Source of the DNA: Hemiscyllium ocellatum
Lineage: Eukaryota
DNA length: 64,000 nt
Direction of reading: 5' to 3'
NCBI RefSeq assembly: GCF_020745735.1
Contig: NW_026869034.1
Location: forward strand, 124,001-188,000
Shown: positions 11,560-24,098 of the stretch, piece by piece
How the letters are laid out: the number at the start of each line of letters is the position of its first letter
Position numbering within the stretch: position 1 is the first letter of the stretch
Made by a program: the position numbers and the translations under genes
The notes under the pieces: generated by a model
Databases searched by the model: none
What the model was told of the DNA's origin: nothing
The model's input: only the letters and a program-made list of their open reading frames with translations

Positions 11560-13085
11560 TTAGCATGAAGTGCCAATTGTATTATCCATCTTGGCATCTT
11601 CCAATGACCACCAATATTACAGATACCTGTCTTCAGGGAAATTGCTTCCCTCCATGTGATTTCAAGACATTGTTGGGACTCTCGTTACTGCAAATGCTAT
11701 GGAGCCTGACAAAATTATTACAATAATACTGTTGACTTCTGCTAGCCAAGCAGTCCCAGTACAGCTACTACACTGGAATCGACTCGACAACATGGAAAAT
11801 AGGTCAGGCATGTCCTGTGCACTGAAAATAGGACAAACCATCCTGACGAATTACTGCCCCATCAGTCCAAGCCCAATCTTGAGTTAGGTGTAGGAAGGTG
11901 CTATCAACGATGCTATCAAGCAACAATGGCCCAGCAATAATCTGCTCGGTGATGCTCAATGTGGATTAGAAAGGCCAACTCAGCTCTTGTCTGAATTACA
12001 GACTTGATGCAAACATGGAGAAAGAACTGAATTCCAGAAATGATGGGAGAGTGACAGCCTTTGATAATCAAGTCAAATTTGACAGAGTAAGGTATTATGG
12101 AGCCCTGGCAAAACTGGAATCAATGGATATTAAGTGACAAACTCCCCGCTGCCTGGACAGACATTGGACGATGGTTCTGGTTGCTGAAGGTCACTCAATT
12201 CAGCCGAAGCAAATCTCTGTCAGAGTTCTTCAAGAAAGTGTCCTCGGGCCATCCATCTTCAGCTAATTCATCAATGACATTTCCTCCATCAGATGGTTAG
12301 AAATGAAAAGTGCACTTTTTTTGACTCCTCGCACACGGAATTAGTCCACAGTCAAATGCCAGAAGATCTGTACAATATCCATACTTGTGCTGACAATTGG
12401 CAAGTAGCATTCACACCACAAAACTGCCAGACAATAATCAGCGACCATCAGAGACAATCTAACTAAAACCCCATGATATTGTTACCATTATTGAATCTCT
12501 CACCATCAACATCCTGGGTTTTTTTGTTGATTAGAAATTGAATTGGAAACTTCATATAAATACATTGGTTGTAAGAGCAGGCCAGAGGCTAGGATTACTG
12601 CAGCGAGTAACTCACCCTCCTGACTCGCATAAAGAATTGACTGTAGAAAAGACAGAAGTCAGGACTGTAATAGCACAGCTCTCCCTTTTATTGGATAGGA
12701 GCAGGTTTAACTGCTGTCAAGAAGCTTGGCAATGTCCAGGACAAAGCATCCCACTTGATCAGCAGCATGTTCACAAGCGTCCATTGCCCCAGATCTGATG
12801 TTCAGTTCCTGCCATATGCATTATCTAAAAAACTACACTGCAGTCATTTGGCCACTTCCTTAGAGAGTAACTTCCTACTCCCAATTGCAACTCGAAAAAC
12901 AACAGCAGGAGATACATGGGAATAACAGAACTGTAAGCTCCTCTCTAAACCACTCTGCATCTTGACATGGAAATATATCATCTATCCTTTACTGTAGCTG
13001 GGTCAAAATCTGGCATTCCCTTCCTCAGGGCACGTTGAACATGGTATTTCAGAAACACAACTTAATGCTATCTTCTGAAGGATAC
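11560..13085 (+). mobile_element. Decayed non-LTR retrotransposon (CR1/L2-group) RT region and 3' end
   Basis: Frameshifted remnants of DAQ.G.RK..S, VTAFD.Q..FDRV, LAKLESM and VRAGQRLGLLQRVTH. Confidence 0.55.
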
Positions 13086-13461
13086 CGACAAACGGCTAAT
13101 AACAACCACCACATCCCATGAGTCAATAAAATAACTATTCGTCGCAAACATGATAGCTCGATTAAGTGTTTGAGGGGGCATTACGAGTACTTAATAAACA
13201 ATCAAAAAGCTTGGAGTAAAGTTCCAGAATCAAGATTTCAACCTCTAGCATGGCAACTTTAATTAATGAAAGGATTTGAAATGAAACTGCTGGTGTAATG
13301 AACGATAATCAAAGACTTACCACAGTTTTGATGCACATTACATGTTCCAGTATTGTCCTTCAGAGGGGAACGTCTGCCCTGTCGACTTGGCCTGGCCTAC
13401 CAGTCCAACAATAAGATGACGGTTCCTTTCCTGTGCCAAATCTGACTAAGAAATCCATTAG

Positions 13462-13636
13462 CATAAAGTGAGGACTGCATATGTTGGAGCTCAAAGTCGA
13501 GAGTGCAATGCTGGAAAAGCACAGCAGATTAGGCAGCATTAGGTATCCTAATTAAGGGATTATGCCCGAAACATCAATTCTTCTGCTCGTCGGATTGTGC
13601 CTGATCTGCTGTACTTTTCCAGCACGACACTCTCGA
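13462..13636. mobile_element. Short inverted (fold-back) PLE-tail element
   Basis: 13497-13535 and 13598-13636 are inverted repeats matching at 34 of 39 positions. The loop contains the degenerate AAGGGATTATGCCCGAAAC motif. Confidence 0.7.
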
Positions 13637-16413
13637 ATAAGAAGTCAATCAGTTGTAATAAATCTTCTTCAGAAAGATCAACCATAATTACCCAAGCAAG
13701 ATGGTAGGCTTTCAAAAAAGTAGCTGATGACCACCTTCTTGAGATATGTGACTGACATTTTCATATTTCAAACAAGAAGTCAAAAAGTGGAATTTGTGGT
13801 GGAGTATGGAAATCTGAAAGAGAAGCAGAATACAAATGTGGGAATTATGTAGCAAGGGAGTCAGGCTGTTCAGACAGTCCGATAGAGATTTTAAGATAAA
13901 TGATTGGATGAATGGTCTCCTGTGACGTTGCTGTAAACAGAAATATAACTCTTGCCAGTATTCCAGTTCAATATTGGTTCATTATACAAAGTGTCCGTAT
14001 TATTGCATTTCTGTTTGTGACCGTTTTCCGTGCATGCCTCCTGCATTTCCAAAATTAGGAACACAGTGGTGATATCACGAGACCAGTTTTCCCGAACTCA
14101 ATTTTGATGCTGAATGGACAGGGTTTGGAATACCATCGTTTTCCCAGGGTGAAATTCGAATTCAAAGAAATCATGGAATCAGAAAAAAAGCCGAATGGTG
14201 GCAATGTTATCAAAGTCAATGGAAAAAATACAAAATCAGCTGGTTCACTAATGAATTAGGAAAGTCGTCTATCGCCTTTACCTGATCTGGCCGACATGAG
14301 ATTCCGGAGCAATCGGGAAGTAATTCATTGCGTTCTGAAGTGGCCTTCACAAGCTATACAATGGGCGTTCGGGGATATGGACTCATTGCTGACCTTGCCA
14401 GCAATGTCAACATTTTAGGAAAGAATATAAGAAAATATATGCGTGATGAAACCTAGCAACAACTATATCAATAATGCTTGATGATATCTCGCAACAAATA
14501 CATCAATTAAATGTAGTTGTTGCGGCAGTTCCTGATGTCACTTCAAATATTTTACATGAATATTCTAAAATGCACTTTGAGCTGTGTTGCACCTTTTGAT
14601 ATTTTCCTGTCTAAACGGACTACAATATAAATCAATGGGACATTCAGAGTAGTTGGACAGAGACGCTTAATTGCAGAACTTTCAGAACGGAATTCTTAAT
14701 CTAAATAAAAGTGTTAAATTGTGTTTAATTTCCTGAAATAAATAGCATCTCTTACAATTAATGTTCATTAATTTGTATTCCTTTCTGCAAACTGTCAACA
14801 TTCTTAAATAAACTTGTTTCGAATTAAAACTTACCAGTAAATTATTTCGTTCATCTGGCTTTGCTGTCATCAACACTTCCATGAAACCAATTAAGCATTT
14901 CTGTAACTTAACACAGAAATAGAACTCTCAGAATAGATTACAGAACAACAAAACCCCAATTTGTATATCCCCACAAACACAAAGCACGATTATTGGCAAA
15001 AAATGCAAATAACTGGATGCATTCCAATAGTAATTTATGTTGGACCGTTTTGATACATAGGATGTATGATTCTTAAATGACAGAGGTATCAATTGTCATG
15101 TTTAGTCAAAAAAAATTAAGAGATATATTGGCACAACCAATGTTTCAGTCTCTCTCTTTCTCTCTTCCCCTCCTGCCTTGCCCCCTTTTGTCTTTAAAGC
15201 TGATGTCTTGTTTTGCCTCTCCACAGTCAGTCAAGGTTTTCCTCAATAACATGAAGTCAACACCTCATCAACATATCCTCTCAGCCAAATTCATCCTTTT
15301 CTTCACAGTGATTTGAATCAGTAGGGCAAGATGTTCTCGAAAATCTGTCTGAGTATTGAGTGACCTGTAAATGGTTGAGGCTGCAAAACTTTACTGTGTT
15401 AGTGTTATCATTTTATCTCACCAGTATAATTCTTGGCTGAGGAATGTTTAATGGCTCAGCGTAATGCATATTTAGCCTATATTTAACCTTTTCTGCACAT
15501 CTCATGGAATGTTTAATATTCTACAAGGCGATTTATTCTGTATCGATTCTGTGTTGTGCCTGCTCTGGGAGGATTTTTTTCAGGGAATCCTGGATGCAGT
15601 TCTACTATAAACCAAAATGTATTTGATATGATGCATTGGACAGTGCAATATGGAGGGAGATTTACCCAGCACATACATCGACTGTACAATCATGGAAATC
15701 ATTTGATGTAGCAGTGTAAAGGGGCTTGAACCCCTACTCTCGTCTTTCTGATTTTGTAATGTTGAGTAGCTTATAATGAACAGGCACACTCATGCACACA
15801 CACATATGCAAAATATCTTTGAACAACCGTTTCAGTGTTGAATGGATGAGTGCTGTGAGAGCTTTAATGGTTTGAATTTTGGGTCTGACTGCAGGTGAAA
15901 CTGGGTAAAAGCACAGTTTGTGCTTTTCGATTTGTTAATTAATATTGCTGACTTTAGTTGAATAAAGGAATGTTGTCTTAGGCATCATCTGGCACCATTA
16001 ATTAGACCATTATTTTCCACATCGCGAGCTGGAGTGTCAGGTGGAATTTATAGACATGTGACATCATTAAAACGAAGGCTTGGAATGTTTCCGGAATGAA
16101 TCATTTGAATTAGAGCCTCTGAATTAGACAAAGTAGGCAAGATGAATTTAGAGTTGTAGAAATCTTTCACGACAATGAGAGACCGCTTCGCCCATCGCAC
16201 CTGTGCCACCTGAAAACAGACCTTTCCAGCTGACACCCACTTTAAAGTATGTTGTCCACAAACCTGTTGGGAAGTAAATATTTGGGAACATTGCGTAGGG
16301 TCTAATCCACTTTCATCATAGATATGATTTCCAATGTTGTAAATCCTGGCTTATGGGGAAAAAGAAGGGGTAGATGTTTCTCAAGACGTTTTGAGTATTC
16401 TTGACTTAAAGGA

Positions 16414-16577
16414 GAAAAATGCAGACATTTTCCCCCGAAATGGTGATAGCAACGTACGTTTGTTTAGCCAAGATCAGCAACATGAATCAATGGAAATGAC
16501 ATGTGAAAAATGCAGACATGCTCTCCAGAAAAGCTGACAGCAACATACGTTTATCTTGCCAAGATCAGCAACATGAA
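16414..16577. repeat. Tandem duplication, 91-bp period, 2 copies
   Basis: GAAAAATGCAGACAT at 16414 and 16505; CCAAGATCAGCAACATGAA ends at 16486 and 16577. Confidence 0.85.
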
Positions 16578-17679
16578 GTAAATAAGTTTTAAAAACCACT
16601 TCCGATTAATTGATTATTAAAAATATGCAATTCACAAAGTGCAAAGTACAGGGGAGGTTGTGTGTGTCGGTGGGTTGTTGTGGGGATGGGCAATGTTCAC
16701 TGTTCCCTGATGCCCACTTGCGTATGTGAGCAGCAGGTGAACCTGCAAATCAGGTTCAGGATGGTGCTGCATGTATTTCAGCAAATACTGGCACATTGCA
16801 TTCTCCAATAAATCAGCAATAACATGAATATTTATTTTTGAAGCCAAATAAAATTAAACAATATAGTGGGACAACTTCCTTTCACTTCTTTGAACTCGTA
16901 TCAAGGGACGCTGTCTGTGGACCTGGGGCGGCAGGAGGATCTTTAACAACGGAATGTGCGGGAACAGAATCAATGTTGGAAATCCAGATAGACTTGAACA
17001 TTTTTCACTGGAGGTTGAGAGTTCGGGGTTGGGAGTGACTACATGTAAGTCTATAAAGCCATGAGTGGAATGGCGAATAGCTCTTCTTGACATGATTCAT
17101 ACCGGAAATTTTCAAAGCTTTCGTTTCAAAGCATCACATATCAATAAACTCCACATGACACCAGCGATGTGGAAATTAATGGTGTATATGATGGTGCCAA
17201 ACGATGCCTGGTACAACGTCCCTCCAATCAAATAAAGTCAGCAATAAATATTAACAATGTGAAAGACTCAAACCATACTTCTACACAAATCAGTTTCATC
17301 TGCAGTCAGATCCACAACTTACAATTTAGACCATTGTACAGAAGATAGACGAGGCCTCACAATATTGGAAATGATTTAGTTTGATAAATGAATCCATCGT
17401 ACACTTCCTCAGAGCAACTCGTTTTAACAAATTTGCTTGATTTTTTTTGTGTGTGGGGTAATTCACGAAATGTTACTTTAATCCGATGGATGTGAACAAT
17501 TTGCACTTCAGAAGTTTAGGAAAACGTCCTTTACGACAGATACACAAGCAACTTTTAGAAACCATTGATTAAAGGTGAGATCTTTTTTGGGCACAAGGAT
17601 GATCCAAATGATATTTTGTAAATGTTTGGAGCTGGGATTGTCTTCAAGTTTTGACTAAGATCTTGGCATATTACATTAC

Positions 17680-17963
17680 GTACAGTGTGGAAACAGGTCC
17701 TTCGGCCCAACAAGCCCACACCGACACACACCCACCCAGACCCATCCCCGTACACCTAACACGAAGGACAAGTTAGCGTGGCCAATTCACCTAACCTGCA
17801 CATTTTTGGACTGTGGGAGGAAACTGGAGCACCCAGAGGAAACCCAAGCAGACACGGGGAGAATGTGCAAACTCCACACAGTCAGTCACCTGAATCGGGA
17901 ATTGAACCCGGGTCTCTGGCACTGTGAGTCAGCAGTAGCTAACCACCCAGCCACCATGCCGCC
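17680..17963 (-). mobile_element. HE1/V-SINE-like element
   Basis: Reverse complement: tRNA-like head (GGCGGCATGGTGGCTGGGTGGTTAGC...GGGTTCAATTCCCG), core TGTGTGGAGTTTGCACATTCTCCCCGTGTCTGC, LINE-type tail. Confidence 0.88.
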
Positions 17964-18059
17964 CACTGTATTTTCACTCTGTTGGTGGATTTCAACAGTG
18001 GGTGACATATTTTTATTATGAGAGGAGAAACAATGTAAAATATATAACGGAGACAGCTT

Positions 18060-18260
18060 TTTCACAGAGAATGGTTTGTGGCGGGCACTGTTAAAACTTT
18101 CAGACGACATTTGGATAAGTAAATGAATATCAAACATTTGGAAGGATATGGGCCAAGTACACACAGGTGGGATCAGTTTAGTTTGGGATAATACTGGCAT
18201 GGACTGGCTGGACCAAAGTTTCTGTTTCCATGCTTAATCACTCCATGACTCTGCGACTAT
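18060..18260 (+). mobile_element. CR1/HER1-type LINE 3' end
   Basis: CATTTGGATAAGTAAATGAAT...GGCATGGACTGGCTGGACCAAAG...CCATGACTCT terminal structure. Confidence 0.7.
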
Positions 18261-19975
18261 TTATCTTTTTTTCTCAATATTGAACAGTGTTGTCATGATC
18301 CTAGAATGAACTGTTGACGTTTATATTGTGTCTGAGACTTCGCGAATTCTTGTTTCAATGAGAGGAGGGACGAGTTCTCCAAGACACATAACTTAAAAAT
18401 AAAATGTTCACCAGCTTTGTTGCTGTGCAGAATTGATTCTGTGGAGATAGTTTGCAATTGGCTTTCCACCACCTCGGCAACAGTGAGTCAAAATATCTTT
18501 GATCCACTGCAGAAACTCCAGTAAATGAAACTGGGAACTCAAGGACCTTTTCGGCAGTTAGGTTATTTGCTGCCAAGTATTGCATCAAAAGACGAAATGA
18601 AGCAACCAAAATAAGATCCTACCAAACTATATTTTCCCATTTTCTCACAATGGACACATTCCACTTTGCATTTCTTCTTTTGAAAGGAAAGTCACTGAAT
18701 ACAGCATTCACCGTATGATTATGAGAAAACAGGAAATTGAATGCAATTACGTTCTGGTTAGTTCAGCCCATTTATTCAGTATATTTAAAGCTTCTGAATA
18801 TGAAATTAATTGACCAAAATCCTACGTTGCAGTAACATTTGTTATTTTTATTTCAAAATAAATTGACAAATACGAATTGGTTCAAACTCACATCACTTAA
18901 TGCACGATTCTCTGATTCATGCACCTCATTAAAACGAAATGGGCCCTTTTATACTTGGTTAATACAGGTGTAATGTAACGCCGAATGTTTGCTGATTGTT
19001 ACGAGTTAACTGTCCCTATCAGTGAGCAGAGAAATGTACTGTTTATGACCAACATTCGTGGTAATTATTATTGAAATACGCACTAATATAACAAAACACT
19101 CCTGATGTACCCAGACAGTTACCTGCAATGGTTTAGATTTTGAGGATTTTGCTTTAACTAATGGACTGGCTTGTTCTAGTTCATTAGATGTTCTTTTAAA
19201 AGGTTACCTGGGTGTTGTATATCAGTGCCAACTTACTTTTTGTTTCTCAGGCAAACAGCTTTCCTTTATGATGCATCTTAGGGTCGAAGCAATTCAAAAA
19301 AGAAGATGCAAGGAGAGACATTCTGCTTCTAATCTCAGGAACCAAACTGTTTAGTGACATACAATCACATTCTGAATATAATCTCTTCAGACATGATCTA
19401 TATTAGGTTGCCTAGATTGATTTCAAAAACGCAGATTGGAAATGATGTATTATTTTGTAACATCAGAGAGACTTTGAGGGACAGTAAAAATAACGCCACT
19501 AAATTTGATGGCTAATAATATTAGTGAAGTTCTATTTAGTTTTATCTGCTTGTGGTTGAATGTAGAATTAAATTGCAATTGAATATTCTAAATATAATCA
19601 CTTTGAACACGCTATATATTCAGTTGCCTAAATTGATTTTTGCAATGTCTAGTATGAATTACATGTTATTTTGAAGTGCGACAGAGAATTGCAGTGTCCA
19701 GAAAAAAAATGCTCAATTGTTTTATTAGCTGTTAATATCTTTGAACTTTGATTTTAGTTTTATCTGATTGTGAAAGAATTTAGAAATACAGGGAGTTAAA
19801 TTCCAATTTAATTCGTTTTGTATTTTTTAAAACAAAGTACTTGCAACTAGCATTTGAAACAAACCTGAAGCTACTCAAATTTACTTCCACCATTTAAAAA
19901 AAACACTTCCAAAGAAGCTATTCAGCAAAACAAATATCCTAAGATGTGTATATCTCCAAGTTCAAGCGTAATCTC

Positions 19976-20098
19976 ATGTAAATACATGAACCCATCTTTT
20001 CGGGCTGTGCAAGCTGATACCAGGATCCGGTCTCAGACTCCAACTGGAAACCAAGAGTCGGAAGCTGTCAGCCTGCCCCTTCTGATGGCCACATAAAT
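19976..20098 (+). promoter_or_regulatory. Putative VH promoter: octamer-like ATGTAAAT (19976-19983) and TATA-like CATAAAT (20092-20098)
   Basis: One-mismatch octamer about 210 bp and an AT-rich box about 90 bp upstream of the leader ATG. Motifs are short and could be chance. Confidence 0.3.
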
Positions 20099-20184
20099 CC
20101 TGGGCACTGGACCGTAATTCAACACGCCTGGATCGGCTTTGTTTAGAAAGATCTTGACAGAATATTTTCTCACAATTTATCAGA

Positions 20185-20233
20185 ATGATTGTATCGACAT
20201 TTTTTCTCAGTTTGTTACTGATTTTCTTATCAT
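20185..20233 (+). CDS. IGHV: VH leader exon ([17 protein letters not shown]), IgM-type
   Basis: ATG at 20185, hydrophobic signal peptide, phase-1 donor T|gtgagt. Splices to 20361 to give ...LSCVQS|EV. Confidence 0.9.
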
Positions 20234-20360
20234 GTGAGTGTTTTTTGTTCAAGTCTTTCTTTGATACTGTCTCAATGTTAGTCTACCTCAGGAATGTCAA
20301 AGACTCAGCCATCATTTCATCAGCGTTAATGTTGCAATTTAATTTGTTTTCTTTTCAAAG

Positions 20361-20662
20361 GTGTCCAGTCAGAGGTGTTTTGACTCAGCCAGAGGCAGAG
20401 ACTGGCCCTCCTGCTGGTAGCCTGAGACTGACCTGTAAAACCAGCGGGTTCAATCTTGGCAGCAGCTACATGCACTGGGTCCGACAAGTTCCCGGCAAGG
20501 GCCTGGAATGGCTGCTGTACTACTATACTTCAGTCGACAAAAACTATGCACCAGCGATATTGGGCCGATTTACTGCGTCCAAAGAGACTTCAGACAACAT
20601 TTTTGTGTTGAACATGGGAAACCTGAAGATCTAAGACACGGCCATCTATTACTGCACAAGAG
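20361..20662 (+). pseudogene. IGHV: IgM-type VH exon, pseudogene (1-nt deletion in FR1, TAA in FR3)
   Basis: Acceptor tttcaaag|GT GTC CAG TCA GAG GTG TTT TGA: the leader frame stops at 20381-20383. The shifted frame gives [93 protein letters not shown], with TAA (20632-20634) replacing Glu. Confidence 0.93.
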
Positions 20663-20681
20663 CAGTGGGTAGGTGGATATT
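20662..20681 (+). other. IGHD: Germline-joined D1 + N + D2 junction
   Basis: After YYC-TR there is no 23-RSS. Instead GCAGTGGGT AGG TGGATATT runs directly into a 12-RSS. CAGTGGGT resembles the recalled 3' end of shark IgM D1. Confidence 0.72.
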
Positions 20682-20709
20682 CACTGCAATTATGATCGAT
20701 ACAAAAGCC
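20682..20709 (+). promoter_or_regulatory. 12-bp-spacer recombination signal sequence (3' RSS of D2)
   Basis: CACTGCA + 12 nt (ATTATGATCGAT) + ACAAAAGCC; nonamer 8/9, heptamer 4/7 with CAC kept. Confidence 0.85.
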
Positions 20710-21017
20710 TTTCAGCCCCTATTGTTTGCAACACGTCAGTGATTATTTCTACAAACCGTCTTAACTTGCAGTGCAGTATTAGTTCTCTGGGCTTCTGTGC
20801 ATGTTTAATTTGTAAAAGTGGTGATAATTATTGATACACCAATTGGTTATTTTGAGAATCAGCTCAAGTGTTACTCTGTGAAATATAAAACAACATAAAA
20901 ATTTATCAAGAATGATCAGAATTCACTAGCGCATGTGATGTAGCTTCATTGTGACTTAATATTGCCTGTGGTTCCGAAAATGTAATGGGAGATTTTTGGA
21001 TTGTTTTATGCAGAGCT

Positions 21018-21056
21018 AGTTATTATGTGGCCCAGTGCAGACAATGTAACACTGTG
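21018..21056 (-). promoter_or_regulatory. 23-bp-spacer RSS of JH
   Basis: AGTTATTAT (6/9 vs GGTTTTTGT) + 23 nt + perfect CACTGTG at 21050-21056. Confidence 0.82.
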
Positions 21057-21104
21057 CCTATCTTGATGACTGGGGCCAAGGGACCATGGTGACAGTGACT
21101 TCAG
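21057..21104 (+). CDS. IGHJ: JH segment (YLDDWGQGTMVTVTS), IgM-type
   Basis: WGxG motif, TMVTVTS ending, phase-1 donor TCAG|gtgaga. Confidence 0.95.
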
Positions 21105-21614
21105 GTGAGAATTTTAACCTTAACTGTGATTTTTTAAAAACTTTCCATTCATGTGATTAATTTCTGTATTAAATGAAACTCATATTCTGTCTTGAGTTTG
21201 GTTTGGTTCGGAATAATTTTTGTTCAGGCTGATTATAGACTTCAGTTAAGGCTCAGCAAGTGGTTATAATGGTTGTGACGGAGTCAGTTACTCTGAGTGT
21301 CTCTTTGTTTCGATCCGATGGGCTTTCAGTGTGGCTGGGTTACTTATGTCTCTTAATCAGTCAGGTATAAATAATGTTTAACGACAGTGACACTGGGACT
21401 ATCGGTTTTCTTATCGACAACAAATGCTAAGAAGTTGAAGATGTTCAAAATATTACCAAACATGATTAAAAATGCTAAAATATCATTATCCATTTCTTGA
21501 ATATATTTCCTGTACACATTATGTTCTTACCATGATTATATTTTCACCTTTATTTTGCTAATTTTGTTGATGACAAGCAGGTTAGAAACTGTCATAATTT
21601 TTTGCAGGGCTATG

Positions 21615-21930
21615 TTTCATTCTGTTGATTGAGATTCTAAGATCGTTTGACTTGATTCTGTTGAATTGAGTTGTTCGGATTTTAAATTTGTTTCAGTTGA
21701 TTCGGTTGAAATGAGTTGATTGGATTCTGACTGTGCTGTTACTTAGTTTTGCTGAAGTGTGTTGATTGAATTTTGAAATTGTTTTATTTGGTTCTGTTGA
21801 ATTGAATTGGTGAGATTCTGATTATGTTTCATTTAAGTCTGTTGTTTTCAATTGATTGGATTCTGGTTTTATTTTCCTCGAATCTGTTGAATTGAGTTGA
21901 TTGGATTCTTATTCAGTTTGTGCAATTGAT
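21615..21930 (+). repeat. Degenerate ~45-bp minisatellite (TTCTGTTGAATTGAGTTGATTGGA core), about 6-7 units, in the J-C intron
   Basis: Core recurs near 21620, 21656, 21701, 21747, 21792, 21837 and 21883. Top strand is G/T-rich and C-poor. Confidence 0.7.
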
Positions 21931-23480
21931 CTGTGTTTTCATGCTTTCTGTAATTGGTGTTTTCTTTCTGGCAATAAGATGGTCTCTCTGGATTACTTTT
22001 AATTGAAAATCATTGTGAAGTTCTTTGGTTTTCCTGAATCGTTTCGGCATTTGTTAAATTTGTATGCCATTTTTAACTCAGCTTGATTGAAAAATTTGCA
22101 TCTGTTTGTAACTGTCTGAAAACCCACTTAAGGCAGAAATAAAGAAGCGCGAGGAATGAAAAACTTGACTTTTTAATACAGTGGTGATTTTTTTTAAAAA
22201 TCGCATTTCTAATTGTAAATTAACCGAATTTTGTTTTTAGGCGGTTCATTCAAAATAAAATTTGGGACTAAATTCTGCAACTGCAGAATTGCTCAGTTCA
22301 CAAAATTGAAACTAACTTACTACAATATTATATTTTTTATATTGTCTTAATATTTTTCCATTAGAGAAATTTTGTTTTGTCCTTAAAGAGATTAATCATT
22401 ATATGCCTAAAAATGCTGCACTAGATTGTCATGATCATCAAGGGTGTACAGTTGGGAAATAAATCTAACCTTTGCCGGAAAAGTTACAGCTTTAAATGTT
22501 ACGTCCCCTCACAAACAAAACTGATGTTATGACTTGTTACTATTTGTTCAATTTAATCATTAATTTACTTGATTCTGAGCAGTTCTGTTAGACTTCAGTT
22601 CGGGTTTTCTTGTGAGGTTACATCATGTTCTTGGTTCTGTTGAAACTGTTTGCAGTGCTAGCTCTGCTGCAAACACATCGTGTTGTCATTTGTTGATCTT
22701 TGCTATGTTGAGTATTCTACATTGTTATTGCACTGTTCACATGATTTCTGTCAGTGAACCGCTCCAGTTTCCTCTTTCTCATTCAATGCAATCAGCATGC
22801 CAAATGAAACTTCACAAAGCTTGACGTTACGTGAAAGGTAAGTCGCAGGGTTTTGGAAATGAAGGGAAAACAGATACCTTCAGGCGCGAGTCTTAACGAG
22901 AAGTAATAATTAAAGATTAACCTAATCCACTCTTTACAATCCACGTTCAGAACTCAACTACATAGTTAAACCACAATGTCTATCTTTAAACAGTTTAACA
23001 AGTCATAGAGAAATATAAATTGAATTTCAAAAGTATAATATTCCAGAAGTTGTTACCTTTGCAAACAAAATCCTTAACTGTGGTTATAATTGATCAAGAA
23101 ACGCCTTTCCATTCTGCTGTATATTACACACAAGTTTTCTGGCTGGAAAATATGATTGGCAAAGACAATTTGGAAATTCTGCTCAATTCGATGAACAACA
23201 GATCAATTTCACTGCTTTGATCGGTTTCACAAGTAATCTAAGTCCTGAGTCAATTAATTGTTCTAGCCCTGATTAAACTGGGTTTGCTGTGAAAAATGAA
23301 ACCTGAGTAATTTAATCTGCACAGTGCTTTAGGTATCTCCCATCCCTACCTTTTAAATAAATAGTTACATTTTACAGCACAATATCAACTGAAGAGTCAT
23401 TCTTTTGGAAACAACTACTATAGTGAATTGGTGACCAAGGCCAAATTTCGAATTAATTGAAATAATCCACTTATGAACTC

Positions 23481-23833
23481 GGAGGGCAGCATCATGGCTC
23501 AGTGGTTAGCATTGATGCTTCACATCGCCGGGATCCCAGGTTCGATTTTACCCTCTGGTAACAATCTGTACGGACTTTGCACATTCGCCCCGTGTCTGCG
23601 TCGGCTTTCTCCAGGTGTTCCGGTTTCCTTCCACAGCCTGAAAATGGGCAGGTTAGGTGAATTGGCAGTGTTGCTTTGCACATAGTGTTCAGGGATGTGC
23701 ATATTTAGGGTGCATTCGGTGGGGTAAATATGGGTTGGGTAAATGGGTTTTCGTGGGCTCCATATTGCTCGGGCGATCGGTGTGGAATTGTTAGGCCAAA
23801 TGGCCTATTTCCAATATGTTGGAAATGTACTCT
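23481..23833 (+). mobile_element. HE1/V-SINE-like element, near full length
   Basis: Head GGCAGCATCATGGCTCAGTGGTTAGCA...GGTTCGATT, core CGTGTCTGCGTCGGCTTTCTCCAGGTGTTCCGGTTTCC, tail GGCCAAATGGCCTATTTCC. Confidence 0.85.
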
Positions 23834-23925
23834 AAAACAATGGAAGTACTTGCTGCAAAAGCAGCGAATTTATTTCCCATCGATGTATTCAGACATATGC
23901 GGAGTTCATAAATTTGCAGAAGACA

Positions 23926-23983
23926 TGAACTAGAGGATAACAGAGTACATTGTTTGAACTAGAGGATAACAGGGCACATTGTT
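23926..23983. repeat. 29-bp tandem duplication
   Basis: TGAACTAGAGGATAACAGAGTACATTGTT followed by TGAACTAGAGGATAACAGGGCACATTGTT. Confidence 0.9.
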
Positions 23984-24098
23984 TATTCAAACACTGAAAA
24001 TAGAGTATTTTTTTTTAATCAATATACTTGACCGATTATTGCAATGTAGCAATCTGAAGGAGACTGCTCACGTTAGTTAAGTATGATGATTATTTAGA

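Noticed and set aside
14061-14100. CACAGTG heptamers at about 14061 and 15304 as extra RSSs
   Set aside because: No nonamer at 12 or 23 bp spacing and no adjacent V, D or J coding sequence.
16414-16577. Short direct repeats (91 bp, 29 bp, 45 bp) as CRISPR-like arrays
   Set aside because: Vertebrate DNA, no unique spacers between identical repeats, no cas genes.
20185-20634. 149-aa ORF read as a single intact V protein
   Set aside because: It reads through the leader intron. Correct splicing puts the V exon out of frame (TGA at 20381), and there is also a TAA at 20632.
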